Positions 18,437 through 28,811 of a DNA stretch of 64,000 nucleotides are shown one piece after another (positions within the stretch are counted from its first letter, which is position 1; the number at the start of each line of letters is the position of its first letter). The translations under genes and the position numbers were made by a program. The stretch is from assembly GCA_035526585.1 (NCBI GenBank), contig DATLCC010000065.1, positions 11,581 through 75,580 on the forward strand, given 5' to 3'. Below the pieces are notes generated by a model. That model was given only the letters and a program-made list of their open reading frames with translations, did not search any database and was not told the origin of the DNA. This DNA is from Thermoplasmatota archaeon (GTDB lineage Archaea; Thermoplasmatota; SW-10-69-26; JACQPN01; JAJPHT01).

Positions 18437-18472
18437 GGCGCAGCGAGCCCGCTCCCGCACGTAAGCCTTCGC

Positions 18473-19537
18473 TCAGGCGCGGCGAAGGAGCGTCGGCGCC
18501 ACGTCGGCGAGCGTGCGGCAGCCCGTGAGCGCCATCGCGTTGTCCAGCTCGTCGCGCAGCAGGTCGAGCACGCGGCCCGCGCCCGCGCTGCCGCCGGCGG
18601 CGAGCCCCCACACGACGGGGCGGCCGACCATCACGAAGGAGGCGCCAGTGGCGAGCGCGATGAGCGCGTCCACGCCGCGGCGCACGCCGCCATCCAGGAT
18701 GACGGGCACGCGGCCCGCCACGGCTTCGACGATCTCCGGAAGGACGTCGAGCGTCGCTGGCACGCGGTCGAGCATGCGCGCGCCGTGGTTCGAGACGATG
18801 ATGCCGGCGGCGCCGTGCTCGATGGCGAGCGCGGCGTCCTCCGCGGTGAGCACCCCCTTCACGAGGACGGGAAGCCCGAACGAGCGAAGCCACCCGACGT
18901 CGCGCCACGTGAGCGAGGGGTCGAGCTGCGAATTCACGTAGTTCGCGAGCCCGTCCGGTCCGCTCTGCCCGGTCGCCTTGTCCAGGTAGCGCTCGAAGTT
19001 CGCGAGCGTCAAGGGCGGCGGCAGCGTGAACTTGTTGCGGCGGTCGCGCTCGCGGATCGCCCACACGGGCGCGTCCACCGTGAGGACGAGCGCCTCGTAG
19101 CCCGCGTTCACTGCGCGCTGCACGAGCTCGCGCGACAGCTCCCTGTCACGATGGATGTAGACCTGGAACCATCGTGGCGCCTGCTCCTGGGCCACCTCCT
19201 CGAGCGGCGTCGTCGCGAGCGTGGAGACGCAGTGGAGGACGCCGCGCTCTGCGCACGCACGGGCGACGCCGCGCTCGCCATCCTCGTGGAAGAGGCGATG
19301 GAAGGCGGTGGGCGCGACCCCGATCGGCATCGGATACCGCTTGCCGAGGAGCGCCGTGGACATGTCGCGCTTCGCGACGTCCACGAGGAAGCGCGGCCGC
19401 AGCGTCTGCCGGCGGAAGGCGGCGACGTTGTCGGAGAGCGTCCGCTCCTCGCCTGCGCCGCCCGCGACGTAGTCGTACGCAAGCTGGCTGAGCTTGCCGC
19501 GCGCGACCGCTTCGACGTCCGTGAGCGTCCAATCCAC
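18473..19537 (-). CDS. FMN-dependent alpha-hydroxy acid oxidase
   Basis: YDYVAGGAGEE, LTVDAP, VSNHGARMLD, DGGVRRGVD. Confidence 0.95.
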   Translation of the reverse strand: MDWTLTDVEAVARGKLSQLAYDYVAGGAGEERTLSDNVAAFRRQTLRPRFLVDVAKRDMSTALLGKRYPMPIGVAPTAFHRLFHEDGERGVARACAERGVLHCVSTLATTPLEEVAQEQAPRWFQVYIHRDRELSRELVQRAVNAGYEALVLTVDAPVWAIRERDRRNKFTLPPPLTLANFERYLDKATGQSGPDGLANYVNSQLDPSLTWRDVGWLRSFGLPVLVKGVLTAEDAALAIEHGAAGIIVSNHGARMLDRVPATLDVLPEIVEAVAGRVPVILDGGVRRGVDALIALATGASFVMVGRPVVWGLAAGGSAGAGRVLDLLRDELDNAMALTGCRTLADVAPTLLRRA

Positions 19538-19575
19538 AGCAGCACGAAGGCGCGGGACGGCTTCAACCGTTCTTC

Positions 19576-19929
19576 TCAGACGAGCCCACAGTACGTGCGG
19601 TCATAGCGGAAGACTTCGACCATCACGACCGACAAGGCCGCGAAGGACGCGCAGAACGACAGCCATGCGCGACCTTCGTTCGAGAAGGGGCGCGGCGTTG
19701 CGGGTAGCCAGAGGATCGCGGTCACAAGGAACACCGTGGGCATCCATGGCCTGTCCAGCGGCGTCGCTTCGAGGCCCGTCCAGATGGCCGCCGCGCCGTA
19801 TGCGAGCGCGGGGAGGAAGCGCCATGACCCGCCGCGTCGCGTGGCCCAGAGCGCGGCAAGCGCGGGCGCCAGCGCGAAGGGGATGACCACGACGAGGAAG
19901 TAGAAGCCCAGCCCCGTAAGGAACCCCAT
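19576..19929 (-). CDS. Small membrane protein (about 4 TM)
   Basis: Hydrophobic 117-aa ORF from ATG 19929. Confidence 0.65.
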   Translation of the reverse strand: MGFLTGLGFYFLVVVIPFALAPALAALWATRRGGSWRFLPALAYGAAAIWTGLEATPLDRPWMPTVFLVTAILWLPATPRPFSNEGRAWLSFCASFAALSVVMVEVFRYDRTYCGLV

Positions 19930-19946
19930 GCAGGAGGTCAAGGGTG

Positions 19947-20354
19947 TCAATACTCTCGCAGGATGAGGCGGCTGCGGGTCGATTGCACTTCCTTGAAGGC
20001 GCGGATGCGGTCGACGATGTCGTTGAGCTCGTTGGTGCTTGCGACGTCGACGATCACGACGATGTCGTGCTCGCCGGTGACCTCCCAGACCCGCTCCACG
20101 CCGTCCCACTTCTGGATCTGCTGCGAGACGCTCGCCATGTTGACGTTCGTCTCGATGCGGATCTCGATCAGCGCCTTCACGTTCGAGCCCGCGGTCTGGA
20201 TCGTGAACTTCTTGATCGCGCCTTCGTCCTGCAGCTTCTTGAGGCGCGCGCGGACGGTCCCCTCGCTCGTGCCGAGGACCTCCGCCATGCGGACGAACGA
20301 CTCGCGCGCGTTGTCCTTGAGGATGCGCAGCAGCGTCTTGTCGAGCTCGTCCAC
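19947..20354 (-). CDS. Lrp/AsnC family transcriptional regulator
   Basis: DELDKTLLRILKDNAR, SEGTVRARLKKL HTH, VTGEHD RAM domain. Confidence 0.95.
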   Translation of the reverse strand: MDELDKTLLRILKDNARESFVRMAEVLGTSEGTVRARLKKLQDEGAIKKFTIQTAGSNVKALIEIRIETNVNMASVSQQIQKWDGVERVWEVTGEHDIVVIVDVASTNELNDIVDRIRAFKEVQSTRSRLILREY

Positions 20355-20566
20355 AACGATCGATCTCCGTCGCGTCCTTTGCGGAAAACGTAGCGCGCGG
20401 ATGAAGCCTGCTGCGGGCGTAGGGGGCCGGTCCGCGCTCACCTGTCTCTACAGGAGGTGCCTCTCGGGCTCGTGGAACCGACAGGATGCAGATACGGTAT
20501 CACTAAGCACTCCCGTTGCGTTGCGCGGCCGGCCCCCGTCCCCCGGAGGCCCAGGAGTTGCCGAAG

Positions 20567-20830
20567 TTGGACAAGTCCATCGTTGCCGTCCTCATGCTCG
20601 TCGTGCTCGCCTTCCCAGCCTCCGCTTCCCACTGCGTCGGGTACCGGACGTCGCACCCCGAGCTGACGCTCGAGGGCTACTACCTTGACAACGACGTCTG
20701 CCAGCCCGGATGCCTCGCCTCCACGTGGGCCTACGAGGAATCCAACGGGATCCCGGGCCTCCAGCGGCACGACGCCGGCGTGGACGACACGTGTCATGGG
20801 ATGGTGAGCGGCGACCGCCGCATCGTCTGA
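20567..20830 (+). CDS. Small secreted Cys-containing protein
   Basis: TTG start after GGAG; signal peptide ending PASA; four Cys; WAYEESNGIPGLQR. Confidence 0.65.
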   Translation: MDKSIVAVLMLVVLAFPASASHCVGYRTSHPELTLEGYYLDNDVCQPGCLASTWAYEESNGIPGLQRHDAGVDDTCHGMVSGDRRIV

Positions 20831-20862
20831 GACTTCAAGTGCCGCCGCGGGGTCGAGGAGGC

Positions 20863-21498
20863 GTGGAGCCCCCGACGCCCGACGCGGCGCTCTCGTTCCT
20901 GAAGACCGGCAAGATCGACGGCGCGCCCGCCGACCTCGCCGCGCGCCGCGCCTACCTGAACCGGTGCCTCAGGGTGCGCGAGTTCAAGGAGAAGGCCTGG
21001 CCGCACTTCGCGTGCTTCGTGGACGCCTCGAACGTGGCGCGCCGGAAGCCCGTGCCCGTGCACGAGGTGAACACGCCCAAGGCGCGGCTCGCCGACCTCG
21101 ATGCGGTCGTCGACGAGCTCCGGCGGCTCAAGTACGTCCCCTTCGTCGTCTCGGACGGGAACCTCTTCCAGCTCATCGACAGGCCCTACGAATGGCAGGC
21201 GAAATACACGAAGTACCCGCACAGCGTCGCCGAGCGACGGCAGGCGGACAGCATCGTGCTGCGCGCGTTGCGCGAGCTGCCCGAAGCGGCATGCGTCACG
21301 AACGATCGCTTCTCGAAGCCCGACGAGGCGCGCGACTTTCCGGATGTGCTCGCGCTACGCGACTGCTTCTACCGGCATAGCTGGGCAGACGATATTCCGA
21401 CGCTGATCGGGATGCCGGACGCGCTGACGCGGTTGGCCACCCGCCTCGGGAACGGTCAGCCCTCCAGACTGCGGAAGGAGGGAGGCAGCGAGGCATGA
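20863..21498 (+). CDS. NYN/PIN-fold ribonuclease, Zc3h12a (Regnase)-like
   Basis: FVDASNVA, VSDGNL, ADSIVL, VTNDRF acidic motifs; GAGGAGG SD before GTG 20863. Confidence 0.75.
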   Translation: MEPPTPDAALSFLKTGKIDGAPADLAARRAYLNRCLRVREFKEKAWPHFACFVDASNVARRKPVPVHEVNTPKARLADLDAVVDELRRLKYVPFVVSDGNLFQLIDRPYEWQAKYTKYPHSVAERRQADSIVLRALRELPEAACVTNDRFSKPDEARDFPDVLALRDCFYRHSWADDIPTLIGMPDALTRLATRLGNGQPSRLRKEGGSEA

Positions 21499-21683
21499 GG
21501 CAGCGAAGCCCCGAGGCGAGGTACTCACTGAGGCAGTAGGAACGCAGCGAGACCGAGAGCGAGGCATCGAGGCAAGCGGAGGGGCGAGTTCACCTTGGCC
21601 TCGTCCTCCGCCTCGCTACGTCGCCTTGCGCCTCCTTGCCTCTCTCGCACCTTCGTGCCTCGGTCTCGTCGCCCCTTGCCTCA
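21482..21683. repeat. Degenerate fold-back of GAGGC/GCCTC short repeats
   Basis: Purine-rich arm with repeated gaggca followed by a pyrimidine-rich arm with repeated gcctc. Confidence 0.6.
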
Positions 21684-21756
21684 CTCCGAACCGCAGAGTT
21701 TGAAAAAACAAGCGTCATATAGTCCACGCGGCCCATCACGGCCCGGGATGCACTAA

Positions 21757-22053
21757 ATGGAAGAGATCACGCGCTTCGTGAACCTCCCCGTCTACACTGC
21801 GACGGGCACCTTCGTCGGACACATCAAGAACGTCATCCTTGACGTCACGGGGCGCAAGCTCGATTCGCTCCTTGTCGGCAAGACCAACCCTGCCCTCGTC
21901 GAGGGCGGCGTCGACGTCGCCGTTCCCTACCGATGGGTCCGCGCCTTCGATGACATCCTGATCCTCAGCTACTTCCCGACGCGCGTGGAGCTCCCCGCTC
22001 CCGCGGCCGCCGCGGAAGGCGAAGAGGAGCTGGAAGCGCTACCCGCCCAGTAG
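21757..22053 (+). CDS. PRC-barrel domain protein
   Basis: LPVYTATGTFVGHIKNVILD, VPYRWVRAFDDILIL. Confidence 0.9.
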   Translation: MEEITRFVNLPVYTATGTFVGHIKNVILDVTGRKLDSLLVGKTNPALVEGGVDVAVPYRWVRAFDDILILSYFPTRVELPAPAAAAEGEEELEALPAQ

Positions 22054-22095
22054 TGCGCCAAAACCTTCACAAGGCGGAACGCCGAGCAGGCACCC

Positions 22096-23055
22096 ATGGA
22101 CGCCAGTGTCCCCTTCGATGCGCCACGCGCGCGACGGGGCGCCGACGTCTGGTACGACATGAAGGCCGGGCTCGACTTCGTCGCGCACAACCTGCCGCGC
22201 GCGCACCGCGTCCTCGTGCGGCTCAATCCCTATCCACGACCCTGGCGCCCCATCTCGATCCTCGGACACGATGGCGCGCCGCTCGCCGCCTGGTACGGGC
22301 CGGGCGAGCCGGGCGGGCCCGCGGTCCTCTTTGCGCCTGGCACCTTCCAGACGAAGGACGACACGCCCCGCAAGCGCCGCGCGCTCGACCTGTGGCGCAG
22401 GCTCGGAGCGAGCGTCCTGATCCTCGACCTGCGCGGCTTTGGCGGCAGCCACGGCGTCGCCGGCACCGCGGGCTATCACGAGGCGCGCGACCTGCATTTC
22501 GCGGCCGACCGGCTCATCGCGCAAAGCGGCGCCGATCGCGTGACGCTGTGGGGCGAGAGCCTGGGCGGCGCGGTGGGCCTCCTCGCCGCGACGCTCCCCG
22601 ACGCCGACAAGCGCTTCGATCGGGTGGTCGCATGGAGCCCTTTCTGCGACCTGGCCGACGCGAGCGACGTGGCGAACCCGGATACGGAGGTGGGCCGTTC
22701 GATCCTCGGACGCACGTACCGCTGGCTCATCCGGCGCCGCACCAACAACCAGGTGCGCGACTTCCAGGAATGGCTCGCCTTCTGCGCGCAGGAGCTCGAC
22801 ATGAGCGTCGAGGACCTGCTGCGCCACGGAAGCCCGCTCCTCCACGTCGACAAGCTGCGCGTGCCGGCCACGGTCTTCCATGCCGAGGACGACGACGTCG
22901 TCCCCGTGCGCCACGCCCAGCGGCTCGCGGCCACGAGCGCGCCCAAGCTCGCCGTCCACGTGGTCCCACGTGGCGGCCACCTGGACTTCGACCGCGCCGC
23001 GCCCCTCTGGTACGCGCAGATGACAGAGAAGATTCTTGCCCGCCGCGCCGCCTGA
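22096..23055 (+). CDS. Alpha/beta hydrolase
   Basis: DLRGFGGS, GESLGG nucleophile, DDDVVP, GGHL. Confidence 0.9.
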   Translation: MDASVPFDAPRARRGADVWYDMKAGLDFVAHNLPRAHRVLVRLNPYPRPWRPISILGHDGAPLAAWYGPGEPGGPAVLFAPGTFQTKDDTPRKRRALDLWRRLGASVLILDLRGFGGSHGVAGTAGYHEARDLHFAADRLIAQSGADRVTLWGESLGGAVGLLAATLPDADKRFDRVVAWSPFCDLADASDVANPDTEVGRSILGRTYRWLIRRRTNNQVRDFQEWLAFCAQELDMSVEDLLRHGSPLLHVDKLRVPATVFHAEDDDVVPVRHAQRLAATSAPKLAVHVVPRGGHLDFDRAAPLWYAQMTEKILARRAA

Positions 23056-23062
23056 TCGCTCC

Positions 23063-23881
23063 ATGCGCGTGTGCGCGGTCCAGATGGCGCACGGCACGCA
23101 ACTCGCCGACAACCTCGCACGCGCCGCGGCCCACGTCGCTCGGGCGGCGCAAGGCGGCGCGCGCCTCGCGCTCCTGCCCGAGTACTTCTTCTCCACGTTC
23201 CAAGGCCCCCCGGTCGCGCTCGTGGAAGCCGCGCCGCAGGTGCGCGCGATGATGCAGGACGCGAGCCGCGCGCACGGCATCGCCGTCGGGGGCAACGTCA
23301 TCGAGGGGGCCGGGACGCCAGGCAACGAAGGAGCGAAGAACGTCGGGGTCGTCTACGAGAGGGGCGCGCTCGTCCTCTCGCAGCCGAAAGTGCATCCGAT
23401 GCCGCGCGAGGCGGCGAGCGGCGTGGTCGGCGGCGCGGGCTTTGGCGCCGCGACCGTCGAGGGCCGGCGCGCAGGGATGCTCGTGTGCGCGGACATCCTC
23501 TACCCCGAGGCCGCGCGCGTCCTGGCGCTCGCGGGCGCGGACATCCTGCTCAACCCCGTCATGAGCCCGTGGAAGGAGAAGGACGATGGGCGCGAGGCGC
23601 GCGTCGCGATGTACGTCGCGCGCGCGTACGACTCGGGCGCGTTCGTCGTGAAGGCGGCCGGCTTCCGCCGCCCCACACCCGGCGCGGCGCCCCCCTTCGG
23701 GATCGCGGGGCGAAGCCTGATCACGGCGCCATGGGGCGTGCTCGCTCGCGCGAGGGACGACTTCGAGGAGGAGCTCCTCTTCGCAGACCTCGACTTCGAG
23801 CGGCTGGCCACGTTCCGCGCGGGCCAGGCGCAGTTCCCGCCGAGGCGGCCCGACGCGTACGGCGACCTTGTCCGTCCATGA
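23063..23881 (+). CDS. Carbon-nitrogen hydrolase (nitrilase superfamily)
   Basis: LLPEYF, QPKVH, VCADILYPE give the Glu-Lys-Cys triad. Confidence 0.92.
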   Translation: MRVCAVQMAHGTQLADNLARAAAHVARAAQGGARLALLPEYFFSTFQGPPVALVEAAPQVRAMMQDASRAHGIAVGGNVIEGAGTPGNEGAKNVGVVYERGALVLSQPKVHPMPREAASGVVGGAGFGAATVEGRRAGMLVCADILYPEAARVLALAGADILLNPVMSPWKEKDDGREARVAMYVARAYDSGAFVVKAAGFRRPTPGAAPPFGIAGRSLITAPWGVLARARDDFEEELLFADLDFERLATFRAGQAQFPPRRPDAYGDLVRP

Positions 23882-24226
23882 TCAGAGGCGGTCGTACTTG
23901 TCGGCGCGCCCTCGCGCCTTCTCGACCGGATACTTCCGCGCGTTCTCCTCGAGCTTGCGCTCCACTGCGTCGAGCAGATCGATGTCCGCCTTGTCCGCGA
24001 GGAGCATCGCGTACATCGTCACGTCGGCAAGCTCGTCCGCGATGCGCCGCCGGTCGTCGGGCGTCATCTCGCGCGCGGAAAGCTCCCGCCACTGGAAGAC
24101 CTCGAGGAGCTCGGCGGCCTCGATCGTGAGCGACAGGGCGAGGTCCTTCGGGTGGTGGAACGCGTCCCACGCGCGCTCGTCCACGAAGGCGCGAAGGCGC
24201 GCGCGCACGTCCTCGAAGCTCGGCAT
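23882..24226 (-). CDS. MazG-like nucleotide pyrophosphohydrolase (dCTPase type)
   Basis: ERAWDAFHHPKDLALSLTIEAAELLEVFQW, DELADV, NARKYP. Confidence 0.93.
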   Translation of the reverse strand: MPSFEDVRARLRAFVDERAWDAFHHPKDLALSLTIEAAELLEVFQWRELSAREMTPDDRRRIADELADVTMYAMLLADKADIDLLDAVERKLEENARKYPVEKARGRADKYDRL

Positions 24227-24285
24227 GCGGCGCCATCGACGACCCGGCGCTAATGCCCTTTGCATAGGAAGGCCGCATCGGCGCC

Positions 24286-25047
24286 GTGCGCGCGGCCGCC
24301 CTCCTCCTCGTCGCCACCCTCGCCCTCTCCGGGTGCATCGACGCGGGCGTCCAGCTCATCGAGGATGCGCGTCGCGACGCGGGCGTCGACGAGTCCACAG
24401 AGGCGCCGACGGCGACGCCCCAGGGCCCGCCCACACCACGGAGCCCGACCCCCGGTCCGAGCCCCGGCCCCACCATCCCGAGCCCCACCATCCCGAGCCC
24501 GAGCCCGAGTCCGAGCCCGAGTCCGGGCCCGAGCCCGAGCCCAAGCCCAAGCCCGATCCCGGTGACCCCAAGCCCGAGCCCTAGCCCAAGCCCGACGTCG
24601 CCAACCCCCAGCCCCAGCCCCCCGCCCACCCCGTCGGCGCGCCCCTGGCCCGTGAAGGGCAGCTTCGTCCGCGTGCATGTCGCAGGCCCCGAGAGCGAGG
24701 CTGCCGCGCTCTGGACGTACAGCGGCAAGGACTGGAGCGGACGCTGCGAGCGCGACGGCGAGGATCCCGTGCCGTATACGTCGAAGGATCCTCCGCACTG
24801 GCCGCTCTTCGACACGCGCTCGCCGCCGCCCGAAGGCGAGAGCGTGAAGGTCTGGTACCTCGAGGGATGCTCGATCGTCAACCGGACCGCGACGTACTCG
24901 GGCGGTTTCGCGGCGCAGGCTTCGTCGTTCGAGACGACGTGGGACAGCGCCACCGGGCTCGTCCTATCCTGGGACGCCGATGGAGACCGCGGGCGCCTGG
25001 TGGCGACGGACGCGCCGCTCGCGCCCACGCCCGCGCGCGGGACTTAG
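24286..25047 (+). CDS. Lipoprotein with long Pro-Ser linker
   Basis: LALSGC lipobox; (PS)n tract encoded by ccgagc repeats at about 24445-24625. Confidence 0.8.
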   Translation: MRAAALLLVATLALSGCIDAGVQLIEDARRDAGVDESTEAPTATPQGPPTPRSPTPGPSPGPTIPSPTIPSPSPSPSPSPGPSPSPSPSPIPVTPSPSPSPSPTSPTPSPSPPPTPSARPWPVKGSFVRVHVAGPESEAAALWTYSGKDWSGRCERDGEDPVPYTSKDPPHWPLFDTRSPPPEGESVKVWYLEGCSIVNRTATYSGGFAAQASSFETTWDSATGLVLSWDADGDRGRLVATDAPLAPTPARGT

Positions 25048-25877
25048 CGCGCCGGCACGCGGATGCTTTCACGAGCGCTCGCCCAGAGCGACTCGAAGAG
25101 CGACTTCTGCGCCAGGACGAAATCGGTCGCGTTCGTCCACATCGCGACGTCCTCGCGCGCATCGATGCTCGCCGCAGGATCGTTGATGAGCCAGTAGACG
25201 ACCTCGCGGTCGTCCACGATGAGGAAGCGGAACGCGTGATGCGGGTGGAAGTAGCGCACCTCGACGTGGCGATGCGCGGTGAGCGGCGCGAGCGCGCGAT
25301 CGAGCCCCGGGAGGTCGCGCAGCAGGATGCGCATCGGCAGCCCCTCGCTCGCGCGCTTGAGCATGGTCTGGTACGCCTTGTTCTGCGGAGAGACCATGCC
25401 GGGCCCGAAGGTGGTGCTCACCATGCTCTCGCTCGATCGCGCGTTCCGGACGACTCCTTCCACGGCTCCGAGGATCGCGCGGCGCCCCTGGACGATCTTG
25501 TATCCCCAACGCGCGCCGCTGGGCTCTTGCGCCTCGCGCGCCGTGGCCACGGCAGCCGAGACGCGCTCCCGCAGGCTCTCGATCTCGGCGCGGCGCTGCT
25601 CATGGCCTGCGAGGAGCTCGCCGAACACGGCATCCGGGGCGACGGCCTCGTAGACCACGGGGCGCGTGAGGTGCGCCGTGACGAAGCCGCGCCTCATGAG
25701 CGACTCCAGGGCGCGGTAGGTCTCGGTGCGCTTCAGCTTCGTCGCCGCGGCGGCGTCGCTCGCGCGGGTGGGTCCGCGCAGGCAGAGGTGCACGAAGAGC
25801 TTCGCTTCGCGCTCCTCGACGCCGATGCTCGCCAGGCGTTCGACCAGCTCGCCCGCGCTAGGGGATTCCCCGCTCAT
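25044..25877 (-). CDS. TrmB family transcriptional regulator
   Basis: wHTH ([18 protein letters not shown]...RPVVYEAV), coiled coil, PLD-like effector domain ([10 protein letters not shown]). Confidence 0.9.
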   Translation of the reverse strand: MSGESPSAGELVERLASIGVEEREAKLFVHLCLRGPTRASDAAAATKLKRTETYRALESLMRRGFVTAHLTRPVVYEAVAPDAVFGELLAGHEQRRAEIESLRERVSAAVATAREAQEPSGARWGYKIVQGRRAILGAVEGVVRNARSSESMVSTTFGPGMVSPQNKAYQTMLKRASEGLPMRILLRDLPGLDRALAPLTAHRHVEVRYFHPHHAFRFLIVDDREVVYWLINDPAASIDAREDVAMWTNATDFVLAQKSLFESLWASARESIRVPAR

Positions 25878-25989
25878 CCCGGGGGGCAACGCGCTCCTTG
25901 GACAAAGCATGCGCGCTATCCGCGGGAACGACAAAGCGCGGACGTCCGTCCCGCCAGACGGACATGCTGCCAAGCGTAAGCCGCCGAGA

Positions 25990-27768
25990 TTAGAGCGAGT
26001 AATCTTTCCAGCGGCGGCTGACGAGCGCGCGCGTCCCCTCGTCCATGCGGATGATGGGCGGCCACGGGCGGGCGTCCTCGTCGGGCAGCTTCACCGTCGC
26101 GTCCACTCCGATGCGCGGCGGTGCGAGCGTGATGTCGCGCGCGGGGTCGAGGTTCGCCGTCGCGTGGAACGCGCACGCGGAAAGGTCGCGGACGTCCACG
26201 TCGCGATCGAAGACGACGATCGCCGCGCTCTGGGGAAGGCCCGCGGCCCACAGCTTCTCCATCGCCTCCCGCGCCTGGCCCGCGTGGTCCTTGCGGATGC
26301 AAGCGAGCACGAGGCGCTCGTGCGGCCTCGCGAGCGCGAGGACCTCGGGGACCTTCGCCTGGAGCTCGTCGAGGGCGGGCCCCACGCGGGGTGGCGGCGT
26401 GCGTCGCGCGGGCTCGTTCGGGAGGGGCGCCGTGGCGTCGATGCCGACGTGGCTTCCGAGGTCCGGCCGGGGCGCCGCATGGTCGAGCGTGTCCGTCGGC
26501 ATCTGGTCCACGATGAGCACGTCGCGTCCCACGTCCAGGCGCGCGAGGAGCGTGTCCAGGACGCGGCGCGGATCGTGGATGTCGACGTCCTCGTCGAAGA
26601 CGAGGATCGTCTTCTCGAGGGCGATCATGCCCGCGCCCCACAGGCTCATCATGACCTTGCGCGCGTGCCCGGGATATCGTTTCCTGATGGACACGAGCAT
26701 CAGGTTGTGGAAGGCGCCTTCGACGGGCATGTGCATGTCCACGAGCTCCGGGATCTGGAAGCGGATGAGCTCCAGGAACAGGCGCTCGGTCGCCTTTCCC
26801 ATCGGGCCGTCCTCCTGCGGCGGGATCCCGACCACCGTTGTCGGGTAGATCGCCTCCTTGCGGTGCGTGATCGCCGTGACGTGGAACGTGGGAAAGTGGT
26901 CGGCGAGCGAGTAGTAGCCGGTGTGGTCCCCGAAGGGACCCTCGAGCGCCAGCGGCTCCTTCGGGTCGACGTAGCCTTCGAGCACGATGTCGGCGTCCGC
27001 CGGCACCTCCAGGTCGACGGTCTTGCACTTCACCATCCGCACGCGACGCCGGCGGATGAAGCCGCAGAACATGACCTCGTCGAAGCCGGGCGGCAACGGC
27101 GCCGTCGCGCCGTACGTGAGGGCGGGATCGCCCCCGAGCGCGACCGCGACCGGCAGGCGGACGCCCAGGCGCTTCGCCGTGCGGTAGTGCTCGGTGCCGT
27201 GCTTGTGCGTCTGCCAGTGCATGCCGGTCGTCGTGGGGCCGAAGACCTGCATGCGGTACATCCCCATGTTGCGCTCGCCCGTCTCCGGATCGCGCGTGTA
27301 GACCTGGGGAAGCGTGATGAAGCGGCCCGCGTCCAGCGGCCAGCATTTGAGCACGGGGAGCTGGGTGAGATCGACGTCGCCGCCGGTGAGGACCACCTCC
27401 TGGCATTTCGCCTTCCGCACCTTCTTGGGCGGGAAGCTCAGGAGGTCCTTCGCGCGCCGCATTAGGGAGACCATCTCGGCGAAGCTGCGCGGAGGCCTCG
27501 TCTTCACGAGCGCCATGAGATCGCGGCCGATCTCCGCCGGCTCGCGGCCCAGCGCCATCGCCATGCGCTTGTCGGTGCCGAAGGCGTTGATGAGCACCGG
27601 CATCGTGGATCCGCGCACGTTTTCGAAGAGGAGGGCGGGCCCTCCTGCCTTCACGACGCGATCGTAGATCTCCGCGATCTCCAGCTCGGGATCGACCTCG
27701 GCCTTCACGCGCTTGAGCTCGCCCGCCGCCTCGAGCTCGCGGACGAAGGCATGGAGGTCGTACGCCAC
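25990..27768 (-). CDS. ubiD: UbiD family decarboxylase, menaquinone-biosynthesis type
   Basis: RNMGMYRMQ, EGPFGDHTGYY, PPQED, DTLDHAA; duplicated C-terminal domain. Confidence 0.92.
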   Translation of the reverse strand: MAYDLHAFVRELEAAGELKRVKAEVDPELEIAEIYDRVVKAGGPALLFENVRGSTMPVLINAFGTDKRMAMALGREPAEIGRDLMALVKTRPPRSFAEMVSLMRRAKDLLSFPPKKVRKAKCQEVVLTGGDVDLTQLPVLKCWPLDAGRFITLPQVYTRDPETGERNMGMYRMQVFGPTTTGMHWQTHKHGTEHYRTAKRLGVRLPVAVALGGDPALTYGATAPLPPGFDEVMFCGFIRRRRVRMVKCKTVDLEVPADADIVLEGYVDPKEPLALEGPFGDHTGYYSLADHFPTFHVTAITHRKEAIYPTTVVGIPPQEDGPMGKATERLFLELIRFQIPELVDMHMPVEGAFHNLMLVSIRKRYPGHARKVMMSLWGAGMIALEKTILVFDEDVDIHDPRRVLDTLLARLDVGRDVLIVDQMPTDTLDHAAPRPDLGSHVGIDATAPLPNEPARRTPPPRVGPALDELQAKVPEVLALARPHERLVLACIRKDHAGQAREAMEKLWAAGLPQSAAIVVFDRDVDVRDLSACAFHATANLDPARDITLAPPRIGVDATVKLPDEDARPWPPIIRMDEGTRALVSRRWKDYSL

Positions 27769-27799
27769 GCTCGCGCGACGGGGCCGCTCCCAGAAAAGG

Positions 27800-28756
27800 C
27801 TATCCCGGTCTCGCCGGCGGCCCGGGCTCGGGGATGAGCGCGCCCGCGATCGCGAGGAGCGGCCCCCAGAGGAAGCCCGCATAGAGCGCGAACGCCGCCA
27901 CCGCCACGGCCGCGACGGCGGCGCGCTGCCACGCGCGAGGATGGGCGCGCGCCGGATGCGCGAGGGCGAGGAGGAGCGCGCTGCTTGCGAGCCCGCCCGC
28001 GACGAGCGCCCACCCTACGCCCGAGCGCGCGGCATCGGGCGCGAGCGCGAGCGAGGAGGCCGCGATGAAGGCGGCGCCCGCGCGCGCCGCGAGCGCGAGG
28101 AGGCTCGCGGGACGGCGGCGCGCGCGCCACGCGTACGCGCCGACGCCCGCGGCGCCCACCGCGCCCGTCACCACCGGGGGCCACGTGGGCGCGCCCGTCC
28201 ACGCGCGCGCATCGTCGCGCAGCCCCGGGAGGACGAGCCAGTCCAGCGCGGCGCGCCCGGGCGCGTCGGCGAAGAGGGAGAGCGGCGTCTCGTCCTGCGC
28301 GCGAAGCACGAGATGGTGACGCCCCGGTCCGAGATGGAGCGTGCGATCCAGGAGCGTCGTCCAGCGCGCCCCCAGCGCGGGCACCGTCGCGGGTGCGCGC
28401 TCGGCGGCCGAGAAGGAGAGCGCGCCGGTCCCGTTCGCGCGCTCGACGTCAGAAGGGACCGCGGCCTCGACGGGAAGCTCGGGACCGAAGACGAAGAGAG
28501 TCGGCACGGCGGAGGGTACGCGTCCCTCCGGCGCGAAGAGGCGCAGGTGAACGTCCTCCGCGCGAGCGAGATCGAGGCGATAGTAGCGCACGCTGACGCC
28601 CATGCCGGGGCTCTCGAAGACGCGCGCGGGGAGGCCGAGCGGCGTCGCGGCTGCGACGCTGTCGCCGCCGACGGTAGGCCCCGCAACGTGCGCCGATGCC
28701 TCGCCGATGCTCAGGCCGAGGAGGAGAAGGACGACGACGAAGCCGAGCCGTCGCAC
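27800..28756 (-). CDS. Hypothetical protein with signal peptide and C-terminal TM helices
   Basis: MRRLGFVVVLLLLG...EASAH signal, extracellular domain, several TM segments. Confidence 0.65.
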   Translation of the reverse strand: MRRLGFVVVLLLLGLSIGEASAHVAGPTVGGDSVAAATPLGLPARVFESPGMGVSVRYYRLDLARAEDVHLRLFAPEGRVPSAVPTLFVFGPELPVEAAVPSDVERANGTGALSFSAAERAPATVPALGARWTTLLDRTLHLGPGRHHLVLRAQDETPLSLFADAPGRAALDWLVLPGLRDDARAWTGAPTWPPVVTGAVGAAGVGAYAWRARRRPASLLALAARAGAAFIAASSLALAPDAARSGVGWALVAGGLASSALLLALAHPARAHPRAWQRAAVAAVAVAAFALYAGFLWGPLLAIAGALIPEPGPPARPG

Positions 28757-28811
28757 GCGTGGACGAGGAGGCGCTGGCGTTTAATCCTCGCGCGCCGTCG
28801 CGACCGTTGCC

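Noticed and set aside
24445..24625. CRISPR or non-coding repeat array
   Set aside because: The ccgagc repeats encode the Pro-Ser linker of a lipoprotein; there are no spacers or cas genes.
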